Assembly (NCBI GenBank): GCA_964413165.1 | Contig: CAYPSF010000004.1 | Span: 1 to 62,542 of the forward strand | Direction of reading: 5' to 3' | Origin: an uncultured Bifidobacteriaceae bacterium | Lineage (GTDB): Bacteria; Verrucomicrobiota; Verrucomicrobiia; Limisphaerales; UBA11358 | DNA length: 62,542 nt | Shown: piece after piece, positions 1-10,998 of the stretch | Numbering within the stretch: the first letter of the stretch is position 1 | Layout: each line of letters begins with the position of its first letter | Translations under genes and position numbers: made by a program | Notes under the pieces: model-generated | Seen by the model: only the letters and a program-made list of their open reading frames with translations | Told to the model about the DNA's origin: nothing | Databases searched by the model: none

Positions 1-146
1 ACATCGTCAAGATGGGCGATGAAATCTGGGTCAAATGCCTGGGCGTGGACGAAAAAGGCCGGGTACGGCTCTCCCGCAAGGCGGCGATGGAAGATCGCGA
101 CAAGCAGGAAGCGGGGAAAGAAGTGGCCGCGCCAGAAGCCAGGTAA
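1..146 (+). CDS. pnp: Polyribonucleotide nucleotidyltransferase, C-terminal S1 domain (partial, begins before the window)
   Basis: The frame from base 3 reads [35 protein letters not shown]...PEAR*, the typical PNPase S1 end. TAA is at 144-146, followed by a terminator. Not in the ORF track. Confidence 0.8.
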   Translation, partial: IVKMGDEIWVKCLGVDEKGRVRLSRKAAMEDRDKQEAGKEVAAPEAR

Positions 147-164
147 TCCCGGCGAAATCAATTC

Positions 165-202
165 AAGCGCGAACGGCTATCCGTTCGCGCTTTTTTGTTT
201 TT
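165..202 (+). terminator. Intrinsic terminator of pnp
   Basis: Perfect 12-bp stem AAGCGCGAACGG-ctat-CCGTTCGCGCTT followed by a T tract. Confidence 0.9.
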
Positions 203-253
203 GGTATAGCAAAATCAAGTCATTGTTTGCCACCGGTTTAAGGTGTATAAGTA

Positions 254-3200
254 ATGACATTCGAATCGTTTGAGATTCCGATGCAAACAATCTTCAATTC
301 CTTCAAAGGATTTCTTTTCGGCGATGGTCTTATCGGTCAAATGAAACCTCAAGCAATGGCGCCAGTCGCCACTTTTCATTCCGGCAATGTCGGGCTCGTA
401 GTGGTGATCACGCTGTTGGTGTTCTCCAATTTCTGTTTGGCACAGGGGCAAGACGGTACGGTTGTGGCATGGGGGAGAAACGATTTGGGACAAGCTGATT
501 ATCCATTTAGCTTAACGAACGCAGTATCCATTGGCATCGGCTTTCAGAACAGCTTGGCCGCCCGGACCGATGGATCGGTTGTCGGATGGGGTGATATTTT
601 CGGCCAAGGGTTAATTCCTTCGGGCGCAACAAATGTAGTAAATGCAAAGCTTGGACAATCCTGGAATGTGGCATTAAGAATGACGGGACAACCATTTCCT
701 GGCCAACATGACAAGGAGGCGATACCAATATCCCTCCAAATTTGTCAAAGGTTGCTGAAATTGCCGCCAATGCAGAATTATTCCTGGCACGTTTGACCAA
801 CGGTTCCTTGGTTTCGTGGGGAACTGGCTTTAACGGCACTGGTTTTATTCCGGTAATACCACCATCGGGATTGACCGATGTGGTATCCATTGCTACCGGC
901 CAGGCTCATTCCGCCGCTCTCCGAAGTGATGGCACGGTGGTTGCCTGGGGTGACAATACCGTTGGTCAAACCAACGTTCCGGATGGTCTGACTAATGTTG
1001 TCGCTCTCTGTGCCGGTCAACATTTCACTTTGGCCCTGAAATTCGACGGTTCGGTAGCGGCATGGGGTGACAACGGTTCCGGTCAAACCAATGTTCCTGC
1101 TGCGGCGACTGATGTCGTGGCTATTGCTGCGGGCGCTTGGCATGGTTTGGTCCTGAGGAGTGATGGCGTCATCGTTGGATGGGGATCAGATTTATTTGGG
1201 GCTTACGATGTTCCGTCCGGTGTTACCAATGTCATTGATATTGCAGCCGGGGGGTGGAATGGCGCAGCAATAATGAACAGTGCTGTGTCGTTTGTTGGCA
1301 GGCAATCCTCCCGCCGTTTCGCCTACAGCGGTAGCTCCGTTATCTTGAAATCCGGGATCATCGGCATCGCACCATCAGCATTTCAATGGCAACGCGCCGG
1401 AACGAATATCAACGGGGCAAAAGGATCTCTGCTTTGCTTCACCAATGTGCAATCGATTGATGCCGGAAACTATTGTGTCATAGTCACAAACATCTATGGA
1501 ACCACGACCAGTTCGAACTTGGATCTGGTGGTAACGAATTCTTCCCCAGTCATTCTTAATCAACCGACAAACCAGACCGCGCCTCCTTTTACCGGTTCAT
1601 TTTTTGCCGTGAGTGTTGTCGGCTCCATGCCCTTCAGCTACCAATGGCGGTGCAATGGGACGAATATCATTGGAGCCACCAACGGAGTATTGAATCTCTC
1701 AAACGTGGAACCAGCCAATGACGGATATTATAGTGTTGTGGTCTCCAATAGTTATGGAATAACCACCAGTACGGACGCGTATTTGCATGTGTTGGATGCG
1801 GCGGATGCATTAAACGCGACTAACGTTACCTGGACTTCCGCCGGAGATGTGCCGTGGTTTGCAGAAACCAGTATCGTGCATGATGGCGCAATTGCCCTGC
1901 AAAGCGGAGCTCTCGCGGTCGGCCAGCAGTCGGTGCTTCAGACAACCGCCAATGGTCCCGGCACGTTGACGTTTTGGTGGAATGTCAGCTCCAAGACTGA
2001 AAGTAATTATCTCAATTTCTCGGTAAACGATGTGGAACAGGCCCGGATTTCCGGGGTCGTCATCGGTGGATTCTATGGCTGGGAACAGCAGACTGTTTAT
2101 ATCGGTGCCGGGCCCCAGATATTGCAATGGGCGTACATCAAGACCGACCCGGGTGTCAGTATCAGCGGGCGCGATTCCGGGTGGCTGGATGAAGTCAGCT
2201 TAGTTCCCGGTGGCGCGCCGCCGGTTATGATCCTGAATCCGACAAACCAGGTGGTGTTGCTGGGGTCGAATGCAACTTTGAATGCAGCCGCATTGGGCAC
2301 ACCGCCTTTGAATTATCAATGGCAGCTCAATCTCACCAATCTGGATGGCGCAACCAACGCGTCTTTGGTTCTGACGAACGTGCAGCTCACCGACGAGGGC
2401 AATTATACGTTGGTGGTCAGCAACGCGTTTGGAATTACCAACACTGCCACCGCTTATCTGAATGTCGTGGATTTCAACGAATCACTAAACGCAACCAACT
2501 TGACCTGGAGCATCGGAGGTGATCAACCGTGGTTTCCAGAAACGAGCATCACACATGATGGCATCGCCGCTTTACAGAGCGGAGCCATCGCCGGCAACCA
2601 TCAGTCCACCGCGTAGATCGCCGTCGACGGGCCGGCAACCTTGAGTTTCTGGTGGAAGGTTTCGTCGGAGACAAACAATGACTACGTACACTTTTCGGCG
2701 GATGGCGCGGAGCAGTTTCGGATTTCCGGCGCGGTCAGCTGGAAACAGGTAACTTATTCCGTCGCGCCAGGGACTCATGCCTTGGCCTGGAGCTATTCCA
2801 AGGATGGCGCCATCAATCAGGATGCGGATGCCGCATGGCTCGATCAGGTCAGCTATGTTCCTGGAGCTACGGCACCCGTAATTATAACCAATCCTGTCAG
2901 TCAAACATCACAGGGTGGTCAGACTATAAGCTTCCAGATTACTGCGTTCGGTACACCGCCGCTAAGTTATCAATGGCAGTTCAACGGCACCAATATTCTT
3001 GATGCAACCAATGCGATACTGAATGTGACCAACATTCCGTGGAACAGTGAAGGCAACTACAGTGTCGTTGTCAGCAATGCCTACGGTGTCGTGGTCAGTT
3101 CCAACGCCACATTGATATTGCCCCGTTCCCAGGTGGTTACGTGGGCTCGTTATAATGTTTATGGCCAGACTAACGTGCCGGTCTGGTTGACTAATGCCGT

Positions 3201-5337
3201 GACCATTGCCGCCGGTCCCCAAGATGATCTGGCGCTCCGGAGCGATGGGACAGTCGTGGGATGGGGAGAAAATGACTACGGGGAATCGACCCCACCTGCA
3301 GGATTAAGCAACGTGGTGGCCATTGCTGCCGGAGGAAGCTATTTCAGTCTGGCCTTGAAAAGAGATGGGACGGCAACCGTCTGGGGACTTGGCAGTGGTA
3401 ATACTTTAAAGGTGCCGATTGGTTTGAGCAATATTGTGGCGATTGCCGCAGGCGGCATGCATTGCCTCGCGTTGACGAGTTCGCACAACATCGTGGCGTG
3501 GGGAAACGGCTTCAATGGTGAAACCAATGTGCCAACCGGCTTGGCCAATGTGACGGAGGTTGCTGCCGGATCGGCCCACAGCCTTGCGCTTAGAAGCGAC
3601 GGGACAGTCGTTGCCTGGGGATACAATTATAACGGCGAGACGAATGTGCCTTCCGGGCTGACCAATGTCGTGGCCATTGCCGCCGGATGGTCCCACAACC
3701 TGGCACTTTTGAGCAATGGCGGAGTGGTTGCCTGGGGTGATAATAACGAAGGTCAGACCAATGTGCCGGCAGGGCTAAGCAATGTGGTGGCAATCGGAGC
3801 AGGGAGTTACCATTGTCTGGCCATCAAAAAGGATGGGAAAGTCATTGCGTGGGGGAGGAATGACGCCGGCCAGACGAATGTGCCGGCAGGCTTGAATGGG
3901 GTTGTGGCCGTGACCGGCGGGATGGAGCACAGCCTGGCGCTCGAAGAAGGGGGGCCATTGATCATTGCCAGCCAGCCGCCCAGCCAATCCGCCGTCGCTG
4001 GAACAAGCACCTACATCAGTGCAGTCGCGTTAGGCGCGCAACCGGTCGGGTACCAGTGGCAATTTAACGGGACGAACCTGACTGGTGCCACCAATGCATT
4101 GTTAAATTTCGCCAATGTGCAACCAGCCAATGCTGGAATTTACTGCCTGGTGGCAAGCAACAGCTTTGGAACCGTGACCAGCTCCAATGCAATTTTGACG
4201 GTTCTGACCTTCCCGCCTGCCATCACCACCCAACCCACCAACCAGACAGTTTTATTGGGGTCAAACACCACTTTTGCTGTTATGGGCACAGGAACCGCGC
4301 CTTTAACCTATCAATGGCAGTTTAATGGAACCAATATCGACTGGGCGACGAATGCCTCGTTGTTTTTGACCAACGTCCAGTTCGCGAATCAAGGCAGCTA
4401 TCAGGTCGTGGTCAGCAATGACTATGGGAGCGTCATCAGCTCCAATGTGGTATTGACCGTGATCAGCCTGGCCATGGCTTTGGACGCTCCGGATCTGGTC
4501 TGGACCAATGGTGGCAACGTGGCGTGGTTTGCCGAAACCAGAGTAACGCATGACGGCGTGGCCGCAGCGCAAAGCGGTCTGATCGCCAACGGCCAGACGT
4601 CAACGCTGCAGACTTCCGTTACCGGGCCCGGCACCTTGACTTTTTGGTGGCGCTTTTCATCAAATTTCATCCTGGATTCCTTGATTTTTTATGTCAATGG
4701 CACTCAACAAGCCGCTTCAAGCTCAGCCTGGCAGCAAAAAACTTTTTACCTTGGCAGTGGAACGCAAACCTTGCTGTGGACGTATTCGCGGAGCTCTTCT
4801 GCCTTCGGCAACATGAGCACCGGGTGGGTGGACCAGGTCGTCTATACCCCGGGAGGCACCCCTCCCATCGTCACTCTCGTGCCCGTCAGCAAATCCCTGA
4901 TGACTCGGGCCCGGGCAAGTTTTTCGTCCTCGGCGACAGGAACTCCCCCCATCAGCTATCAGTGGCAATTTAACGGGACCGACCTGGTCGGGGCCACCAA
5001 TAGTTCCCTGGTAATCGCCAATGTTCAACCGGTCAACTCCGGGACTTATGCGCTTACGATTACCAACTCCTACGGCAGATTCGTCACCAACGTCATGTTG
5101 TTTGTCCAGCCTTTCGTCCTTAACACCAGTTCGAACAATCCATGGCTGACCGCCAGCGGATTGCTGATGCAGGTTGACGGTGTCCTGACGCCAAACGGGC
5201 TGGTCATCTACGCATCCACCAATTTGACCAGCTGGCTGCCGATTTTGACGAATCCGCCGGTTACGGGTTCGGTGCGGGTTCTGGATTCATCGGCAACCAA
5301 TCTGCCATTCAGATTTTATCGGGCTGGCGAGCAATAA
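254..5337 (+). pseudogene. Disrupted large secreted protein with RCC1-like repeats, Ig-like domains, repeated beta-sandwich modules and a C-terminal module
   Basis: ORFs 254-796, 742-2616 and 2641-5337 join into one architecture. The lesions are an apparent 1-nt deletion at about 677-680 (LR|NDGT), an in-frame TGA at 709-711 and an in-frame TAG at 2614-2616. Repeats read ALRSDGTVVAWGxNxxGQTNVP and YQWQFNGTN. Confidence 0.8.
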
Positions 5338-5428
5338 ACCGTTCCCGATGGAGCGCGGCCCGGGAAGCAGCCGGGATACAGTCGCCCGTTGAATTAAAAG
5401 GATTTACGGCGCAAGCAGCCGTGGTCAT

Positions 5429-5468
5429 GCAGCCGGACTGATGTTTCAGTCCGGCTGTTTAATTTTTG
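5429..5468 (+). terminator. Hairpin terminator after the RCC1/Ig gene
   Basis: CAGCCGGACTGA-tgtt-TCAGTCCGGCTG followed by TTTAATTTTT. Confidence 0.75.
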
Positions 5469-5484
5469 CAGCAATACAAGGGGT

Positions 5485-5513
5485 TTGACTCGGCGGCTGG
5501 GCAAACGTAGATT
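5485..5513 (+). promoter_or_regulatory. Sigma70-type promoter for the polyprenyl synthase gene (near-leaderless)
   Basis: TTGACT-N17-TAGATT, with the ATG 8 nt downstream. Confidence 0.7.
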
Positions 5514-5521
5514 GCCCACGA

Positions 5522-6574
5522 ATGCTGGCTGTTGAATCAAAGGTGGCGAGTACGAATGCGGCGGACTCGCCGAACGCCAATCAGAATCGTTCCTGGAAAC
5601 AAATCGTGGAACCAGTGGAACCATTTCTGCTGGCGGTTTCACAGCAGTTGATCCGGCAGGTCAACGATTTTGATCCTCAGATCGTCCCCTACGCCCAGTA
5701 CGCCCTGAACGGCGGCGGAAAACATCTGCGCCCCACCATAGTGGCGCTGTCCGCCGGCACGCTCGGCGAAATCACCGACGCCCATGTGACGGCGGCGGTT
5801 ATCATCGAGATGGTGCACCTGGCTACGCTGGTGCATGACGACGTGATGGACGAGGCGGAAATCCGCCGAGACCGGCCCACCCTGGCGGCGAATTGGGGCA
5901 ACGAAATTGCCGTGTTGTTTGGCGATTGCCTGTTTGCGCAGGCGTTGAAGCTGGCGGCCGGTTTTCCCACGCCGGAAGTCTGCCGTACGGTGGCCATGGC
6001 GACCAACACGGTCTGTTCCGGGGAAATCCTGCAGACGCAACATCGCCGCAAGTTTCCCATCTCGCGGCGGGAGTATTTCCGCGTCATCGAAATGAAAACC
6101 GGTGAATTGTTCACCCTTTCATGCGATCTGGCGGCATTTTTGAGCGGGGCAACGCCGAAACGGCGCAATGCCCTGCGGGAGTTCGGCGCGGCCTTTGGCA
6201 TCGCGTACCAGGTTTACGATGATTGCGTGGATTTATTCGGGTCGGAGGCCTCGGCCGGCAAATCGCTGGGTACGGACCTGGCCAAGGGCAAATTGACCTG
6301 GCCGGTGTTGCTGGCGTGGGAACGGGCGACCGTCGCCGACCGGACCCGGCTGGAACAAATGGTGGAAAACTGGCAGCCGGAAAACCTGCCCGCCGTGAAC
6401 GAATTGCTGGCCCGATACGAAACGTTTGAGCCGTCGCAGGCGGTCATCGCCCGTTACCTGGAAGAGGCGCGCCGGGCGCTGCGGGCCCTGCCGGAGTCCG
6501 GGGGGCGCGCGGGATTGCTCGGCCTGGCCGATTTTTTAGCGCAACAAAGTGGCGCTTTGGCGGTTTGTATTTGA
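5522..6574 (+). CDS. ispB: Polyprenyl diphosphate synthase (IspB/HepT family)
   Basis: GGKHLRP, first Asp-rich motif LVHDDVMDEAEIRR, KTGELF, second motif QVYDD, GKSLGTDLAKGKLT. Confidence 0.88.
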   Translation: MLAVESKVASTNAADSPNANQNRSWKQIVEPVEPFLLAVSQQLIRQVNDFDPQIVPYAQYALNGGGKHLRPTIVALSAGTLGEITDAHVTAAVIIEMVHLATLVHDDVMDEAEIRRDRPTLAANWGNEIAVLFGDCLFAQALKLAAGFPTPEVCRTVAMATNTVCSGEILQTQHRRKFPISRREYFRVIEMKTGELFTLSCDLAAFLSGATPKRRNALREFGAAFGIAYQVYDDCVDLFGSEASAGKSLGTDLAKGKLTWPVLLAWERATVADRTRLEQMVENWQPENLPAVNELLARYETFEPSQAVIARYLEEARRALRALPESGGRAGLLGLADFLAQQSGALAVCI

Positions 6575-6581
6575 AGCAATC

Positions 6582-7202
6582 ATGACTATGTCGGCTCCAG
6601 TCATACGCACGGATGATTCAGAACCACCCGCGCCCGTGGAAGAAGAGGTGTTGGTGCGGGCGGCCCGGCAGGGGGATTTGGGGGCTTACGACGATCTGGT
6701 GCGGCGCTATCAGGAGCGCATTTACGCGACGATCTACCACATGACGGCCAATCATGAGGACGCCAATGACCTGGCCCAGGAGTCGTTCATCAAGGCTTTT
6801 CAGGCGTTGAAGTCCTTCAAAGGCGGTTCCAGCTTTTACACCTGGCTTTACCGGATTGCGGTCAACAAAACCATTAATTTCCTCAAACAGCGCAAAAATC
6901 GTATCCATTTAAGTCTCAATGACTTGGATTTTAACACCGAACATAACCCGGATTTGGTGGCCCTGATTTCAGAACAAACGCCGCGCCGGGAGATTAATTT
7001 GTCCGAGTTGCAGGAAAAATTGAACGCTGCGTTGCTCAAGCTGTCAGAACCTCATAGATTGGTTGTGGTTTTACATGATGTGCAGGGGATGCCCCATGAC
7101 GAAATCGCGAAAGTCATGGAATGTAATATCGGTACGGTGCGTTCGCGGCTGTTTTACGCCCGGCAGCAGTTACAGGCGTTATTGTCCGACTATTTGAAGT
7201 AA
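6582..7202 (+). CDS. ECF RNA polymerase sigma factor (RpoE-like)
   Basis: DANDLAQESFIKAF, FYTWLYRIAVN, EIAKVMECNIGTVRSRLFYAR. Start placed at ATG 6582 or 6588. Confidence 0.9.
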   Translation: MTMSAPVIRTDDSEPPAPVEEEVLVRAARQGDLGAYDDLVRRYQERIYATIYHMTANHEDANDLAQESFIKAFQALKSFKGGSSFYTWLYRIAVNKTINFLKQRKNRIHLSLNDLDFNTEHNPDLVALISEQTPRREINLSELQEKLNAALLKLSEPHRLVVVLHDVQGMPHDEIAKVMECNIGTVRSRLFYARQQLQALLSDYLK

Positions 7203-7212
7203 TTGAAATACT

Positions 7213-7710
7213 ATGAGCGAACACGAAGACAATTTTGAGCCGTTGCGCCGTTTGCTGGCTCTCAAGCGCCACGAAGTACCGCCTCCGGGCTATTTCAATA
7301 ATTTTTCCAGCCATGTACTGCAACAAATCCGGGCCGGACACAACAAGCAATCAGCCGGTGTCATGGAGGATTTGGCCGCGCAGTTGCCTTGGCTGTCAAA
7401 ATGGTTGCAGCTGTTTGGGCAGAAACCGGTCTTTGCGAGCGGATTTGCCGGGGCGCTTTGCATGTTGCTTCTGTTCGGCATTGTTTCTACCGAACGCCCG
7501 GATCTGGCGTCCCAGCCGCTTCTGGGATCCATCACCACTCCACTGGCCCCCATGTCATCGACCGCGCTGCCGCAATCGGCGGAGTCGATTGGGATCGTTT
7601 CCGTCTCCAGCACCAATCCCGTGCTCAGCCTGCAGCCGGTCACCGCGACCCTGGCCTTTGGGCAGCAAAATCCCCTGGCCCAGCCCGTCAGCTTCCAGTT
7701 TCCCCGGTAA
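7213..7710 (+). CDS. Probable membrane-anchored anti-sigma factor
   Basis: Directly follows the ECF sigma. N-terminal LRRLLALKRHEVPPPGYF, one central hydrophobic helix and a Ser/Pro-rich tail. Confidence 0.6.
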   Translation: MSEHEDNFEPLRRLLALKRHEVPPPGYFNNFSSHVLQQIRAGHNKQSAGVMEDLAAQLPWLSKWLQLFGQKPVFASGFAGALCMLLLFGIVSTERPDLASQPLLGSITTPLAPMSSTALPQSAESIGIVSVSSTNPVLSLQPVTATLAFGQQNPLAQPVSFQFPR

Positions 7711-7774
7711 TTGACTTGATCGGAAGCGCGTTGCGCGCTTGAAACCCGGGCTCACTTGCCATTAAATCGGGCGG

Positions 7775-8551
7775 GTGCCAACCAAAGTCATTGCGGTCGC
7801 CAACCAAAAAGGCGGCGTAGGTAAAACCACCACGGCCGTCAACCTGGCTGCCTGCCTCGCCGCGCTGGGTCAACGCGTTCTCCTGTTTGATCTCGATCCG
7901 CAGGCCAACGCTACCAGCGGCCTCGGCCTGGAAAAAATCGAGGGCGCCAGCGCCTATCGCGTCCTGTTGGGTGAGGGCAGCCTCCTCGAAAAAATCAAAC
8001 CCACCGCTTTCGAACGGCTGTCCGTCGTGCCCAGCGAGGTGGACCTGTGCGCCGCCGACCTCGAACTGGCCCGGACGGAAAATCATCTGCTTCGCCTGGC
8101 CGGGGTGCTGCAGCCGGTGCGGGAGTCACAACGCTTCGACGTGGTCCTGGTGGATTGTCCGCCCTCGCTGGGTATCCTTACCTTGAATGCCTTTGCCGCG
8201 AGCGACGGATTGCTCGTGCCGCTGCAATGCGAGTATTACTCGCTGGAGGGCATTTCCATGATGAACCGCGTGCTCGGCCAGTTGCGCGAAGCCGGCGTCA
8301 ATCCGCGCCTCGGCATCTTTGGCGTCGTGATGACCATGTTCGACGGCCGGACCAAGCTTTGCAACGAAGTCGTGGGTGAAGTCCGGAACCAGCTGGGCGA
8401 CCGCGTGTTTGAAACGCTGATTCCCCGCAGCACGCGCCTCGCCGAAGCTCCGAGTTTTGGCAAACCCATCATCCATTACGATAAATACAGCAGCGGCGCC
8501 GCCGCGTATGAACTGCTGGCGCAGGAAGTGTTAAAACGGCTGGGAGCTTAG
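7775..8551 (+). CDS. parA: ParA/Soj family ATPase
   Basis: NQKGGVGKTTT Walker A, DLDPQANAT, DCPPSLG, LAEAPSFG. GTG start. Confidence 0.93.
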   Translation: MPTKVIAVANQKGGVGKTTTAVNLAACLAALGQRVLLFDLDPQANATSGLGLEKIEGASAYRVLLGEGSLLEKIKPTAFERLSVVPSEVDLCAADLELARTENHLLRLAGVLQPVRESQRFDVVLVDCPPSLGILTLNAFAASDGLLVPLQCEYYSLEGISMMNRVLGQLREAGVNPRLGIFGVVMTMFDGRTKLCNEVVGEVRNQLGDRVFETLIPRSTRLAEAPSFGKPIIHYDKYSSGAAAYELLAQEVLKRLGA

Positions 8552-8566
8552 TTGTGGGGAATGCCT

Positions 8567-8616
8567 TGTAGCGTCGAGCCTCCGGCCCGAAATCGGCGCG
8601 CAGCGCTGACACTACA
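8567..8616. repeat. REP-like element with TGTAG...CTACA termini
   Basis: TGTAGCGTCG...GACACTACA inverted ends between convergent genes. Related copies at 17781 and 33761. Confidence 0.65.
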
Positions 8617-10021
8617 TTTTCTGCAAATAGCCGTCCATGGCCTTGGCTGCCCGCTTGCCGTCGCCCATGGCCAGGATGACCGTCGCCGCGCCGCGTACAA
8701 TGTCGCCTCCGGCGAAGACCCCCGGCAGGCTGGTCATGCCGTTTTCGGCCACCACAATGTTGCCGTATTTGTTCAGTTTTAAATCCGGGCAGGTGGCGGT
8801 GAGCAGCGGATTTGCCCGGGTGCCGATGGCGACCACTACCACGTCGCAGGCGAGAACAAATTCCGAACCCGCAACCGGTTCGGGTCGGGCCCGGCCGGAT
8901 GCGTCGGGCGCGCCGAGTTGCATCCGGACGCATTTGAGGCCGGTGACCCAGCGTTTATCACTGCCCAGGACCTCCACGGGTGCCGTGAGGAATTCAAATC
9001 GGATGCCTTCCTCTTCGGCGTGATGGGCCTCCTCGGCGCGGGCCGGCAGTTCGTGGCGGGTGCGGCGATAAACTATCATCGCCTCCTTCGCCCCGAGCCG
9101 TTTGGCCGTGCGCACGGCGTCCATGGCCACGTTGCCGCCGCCCACCACGGCCACGCGTTGCCCTTGCAGCACCGGCGTGTCCGAATCGGGAAACCGCCAG
9201 GCGGCCATCAGGTTGATCCGGGTGAGATATTCGTTGGCGGAGTAAACGCCCTTCAAGTTTTCACCTGGCACATTCATGAAAACCGGCAGGCCCGCGCCGT
9301 TGGCGATGAACACGGCGTCAAAACGTTCACACAACTCAGGCACGGTATAGGTGCGTCCGATGACCGTGTTGCATTCGATTTTCACACCCGATGCCTGAAG
9401 CCGTTCGACTTCCTGTGCCACGATTTTCTTGGGCAGCCGAAACTCGGGAATGCCATAGACGAGCACCCCGCCGGGTTTGTGCAGTGCTTCGAAAATTGTG
9501 ACGTCGTGTCCGCGTTTGACCAGTTCGCCGGCCGCGGTGAGGCCGGATGGACCCGAGCCGACAATGGCCACACTCCGTCCGCTGGGTTCCGTCTTGCCGT
9601 CCGCCAGTTGATCGGGATGCGTCCGCGCCCAATCGGCGACGTAACGTTCCAGGTAACCGATGCCCACCGGCTGGCCCTTGGCCCCGCGTACGCACTCGAT
9701 TTCGCATTGCGTTTCCTGCGGGCAAACGCGGCCGGTGACTCCGGGCAGAGCGTTGTCGCCGAGCAGGCACTGCGCGGCGTCGGCCATCCGGCCCTCGGCC
9801 AGCAGATTGAGAAATTTCGGAATGTTCACACTGACCGGGCAGCCCTGGATGCAACGCGGGTCCTTGCACTGCAGACAGCGGTCAGCTTCCAGCAGCGCGA
9901 GCTGTTCGGTGAAACCGAGGTTGACCTCCTCAAAATTTGCCGCGCGGGCGGCGGAATCCTGTTCCGGCATTTTTTGCCGGCTGATTTGCAGGCGTTGCTT
10001 GGTGGTGATTTTGCCGGGCAT
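8612..10021 (-). CDS. nfnB: NfnB / GltD-like NADPH-dependent oxidoreductase large subunit
   Basis: CLQCKDPRCIQGCP Fe-S motif, GRVCPQETQC, GSGPSG, GGGNVAMD, FAGGDIVRG. Paired with nfnA. Confidence 0.85.
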   Translation of the reverse strand: MPGKITTKQRLQISRQKMPEQDSAARAANFEEVNLGFTEQLALLEADRCLQCKDPRCIQGCPVSVNIPKFLNLLAEGRMADAAQCLLGDNALPGVTGRVCPQETQCEIECVRGAKGQPVGIGYLERYVADWARTHPDQLADGKTEPSGRSVAIVGSGPSGLTAAGELVKRGHDVTIFEALHKPGGVLVYGIPEFRLPKKIVAQEVERLQASGVKIECNTVIGRTYTVPELCERFDAVFIANGAGLPVFMNVPGENLKGVYSANEYLTRINLMAAWRFPDSDTPVLQGQRVAVVGGGNVAMDAVRTAKRLGAKEAMIVYRRTRHELPARAEEAHHAEEEGIRFEFLTAPVEVLGSDKRWVTGLKCVRMQLGAPDASGRARPEPVAGSEFVLACDVVVVAIGTRANPLLTATCPDLKLNKYGNIVVAENGMTSLPGVFAGGDIVRGAATVILAMGDGKRAAKAMDGYLQKM

Positions 10022-10027
10022 ATGGTT

Positions 10028-10861
10028 TCAATTCCTGATCCGGCAGGTGCCCTCCGCACAGGCCAGCGCCCGCTGCTCAAATTCACGATAGGTTGACAGC
10101 CGGTCCAGCAATTCTTCAAAATTGACCTGGTGGCCGTCAAATTCGGGGCCGTCCACGCACGCGAACCGGGTTTCATTCCCCACGGTCACCCGGCACCCGC
10201 CGCACATCCCCGTGCCGTCAATCATCACCGGGTTCAGCGACACGATGGTGCGCACCCCGGCCGGCCGGGTGAGTCCGACCACTGCGCGCATCATGGGCAC
10301 CGGCCCGACGGCATAAACGATGTCCACGCCCCCCGCAGTCAAAATGTCCTTCGCGGCGTCGGTGACAAAACCCTTCCGACCGTAACTGCCGTCGTCCGTA
10401 CAGACCAGGACTTCACCCAGTTTTTGGAGTTCCGGCTCGAAAATGACCCATTCCTTCGATCGTCCGCCGATGATGCTGGTGACTTTGACGCCGCGGCGGT
10501 GCAGGCCTTGGGCGATGGGATGCACCACAGCGGTGCCCACGCCGCCACCGATGCACAGCGCCCGGCCGTTGGCAATCAATTCCGTGGCGTGGCCCAGGGG
10601 GCCGACGATGTCGCGGATGGCATCGCCGGGCTGCAAGGCCACCAGGTCACGGGTGCTTTTGCCGACTGACTGGATGACCAGGGCGATGGAGCCGGCCGCC
10701 GGGTCGGCATCCGCAATGGTGAGGGGGATGCGTTCGGAATCATCTGCCCGGCGCACGATGACGAACTGCCCCGGCTGCCGGATTTGGGCAATGCGCGGGG
10801 CGCTCACGTCGAGCCGCGTGACGTTGGGACTGAGTTGTTGCCGTTTTAAAATGGTATGCAT
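10028..10861 (-). CDS. nfnA: NfnA / dihydroorotate dehydrogenase electron-transfer-like subunit
   Basis: PGQFVIVR, ERIPLTIAD, GPLG, GGGVG, DGTGMCGGCRV, CVDGPEF. Start at 10861 or 10873. Confidence 0.85.
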   Translation of the reverse strand: MHTILKRQQLSPNVTRLDVSAPRIAQIRQPGQFVIVRRADDSERIPLTIADADPAAGSIALVIQSVGKSTRDLVALQPGDAIRDIVGPLGHATELIANGRALCIGGGVGTAVVHPIAQGLHRRGVKVTSIIGGRSKEWVIFEPELQKLGEVLVCTDDGSYGRKGFVTDAAKDILTAGGVDIVYAVGPVPMMRAVVGLTRPAGVRTIVSLNPVMIDGTGMCGGCRVTVGNETRFACVDGPEFDGHQVNFEELLDRLSTYREFEQRALACAEGTCRIRN

Positions 10862-10998
10862 GGCATCCGCCAATCCTTCCAGCTGAAGTTTAATTATCCC
10901 CCACGGTCACCGGAAGGGCTATGACAGGATTGTCAAATCCAACGCAGAATTTGCCATTACGAATTGTTTCTTCCTCAGGAATCCGGCATGGTTCACGG

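Noticed and set aside
2614-2616. Amber readthrough, pyrrolysine or recoding in the RCC1/Ig gene
   Set aside because: TAG ends ordinary genes here (parA, rlmI, uppS), and the same gene also has a frameshift and a TGA, so decay or error is simpler.
7775-8551. parA as a sign of a plasmid
   Set aside because: It sits among chromosomal housekeeping genes, with no parB, rep gene or iterons nearby.
10922-10935. TGACA-N4-TGTCA palindrome between nfnA and gcvT
   Set aside because: A single short site. One half is explained as a TTGACA -35 on the minus strand, and it does not match the Rex or FNR consensus.
10874-10998. Glycine riboswitch upstream of gcvT
   Set aside because: No aptamer motifs are visible, and the promoter geometry leaves no leader.
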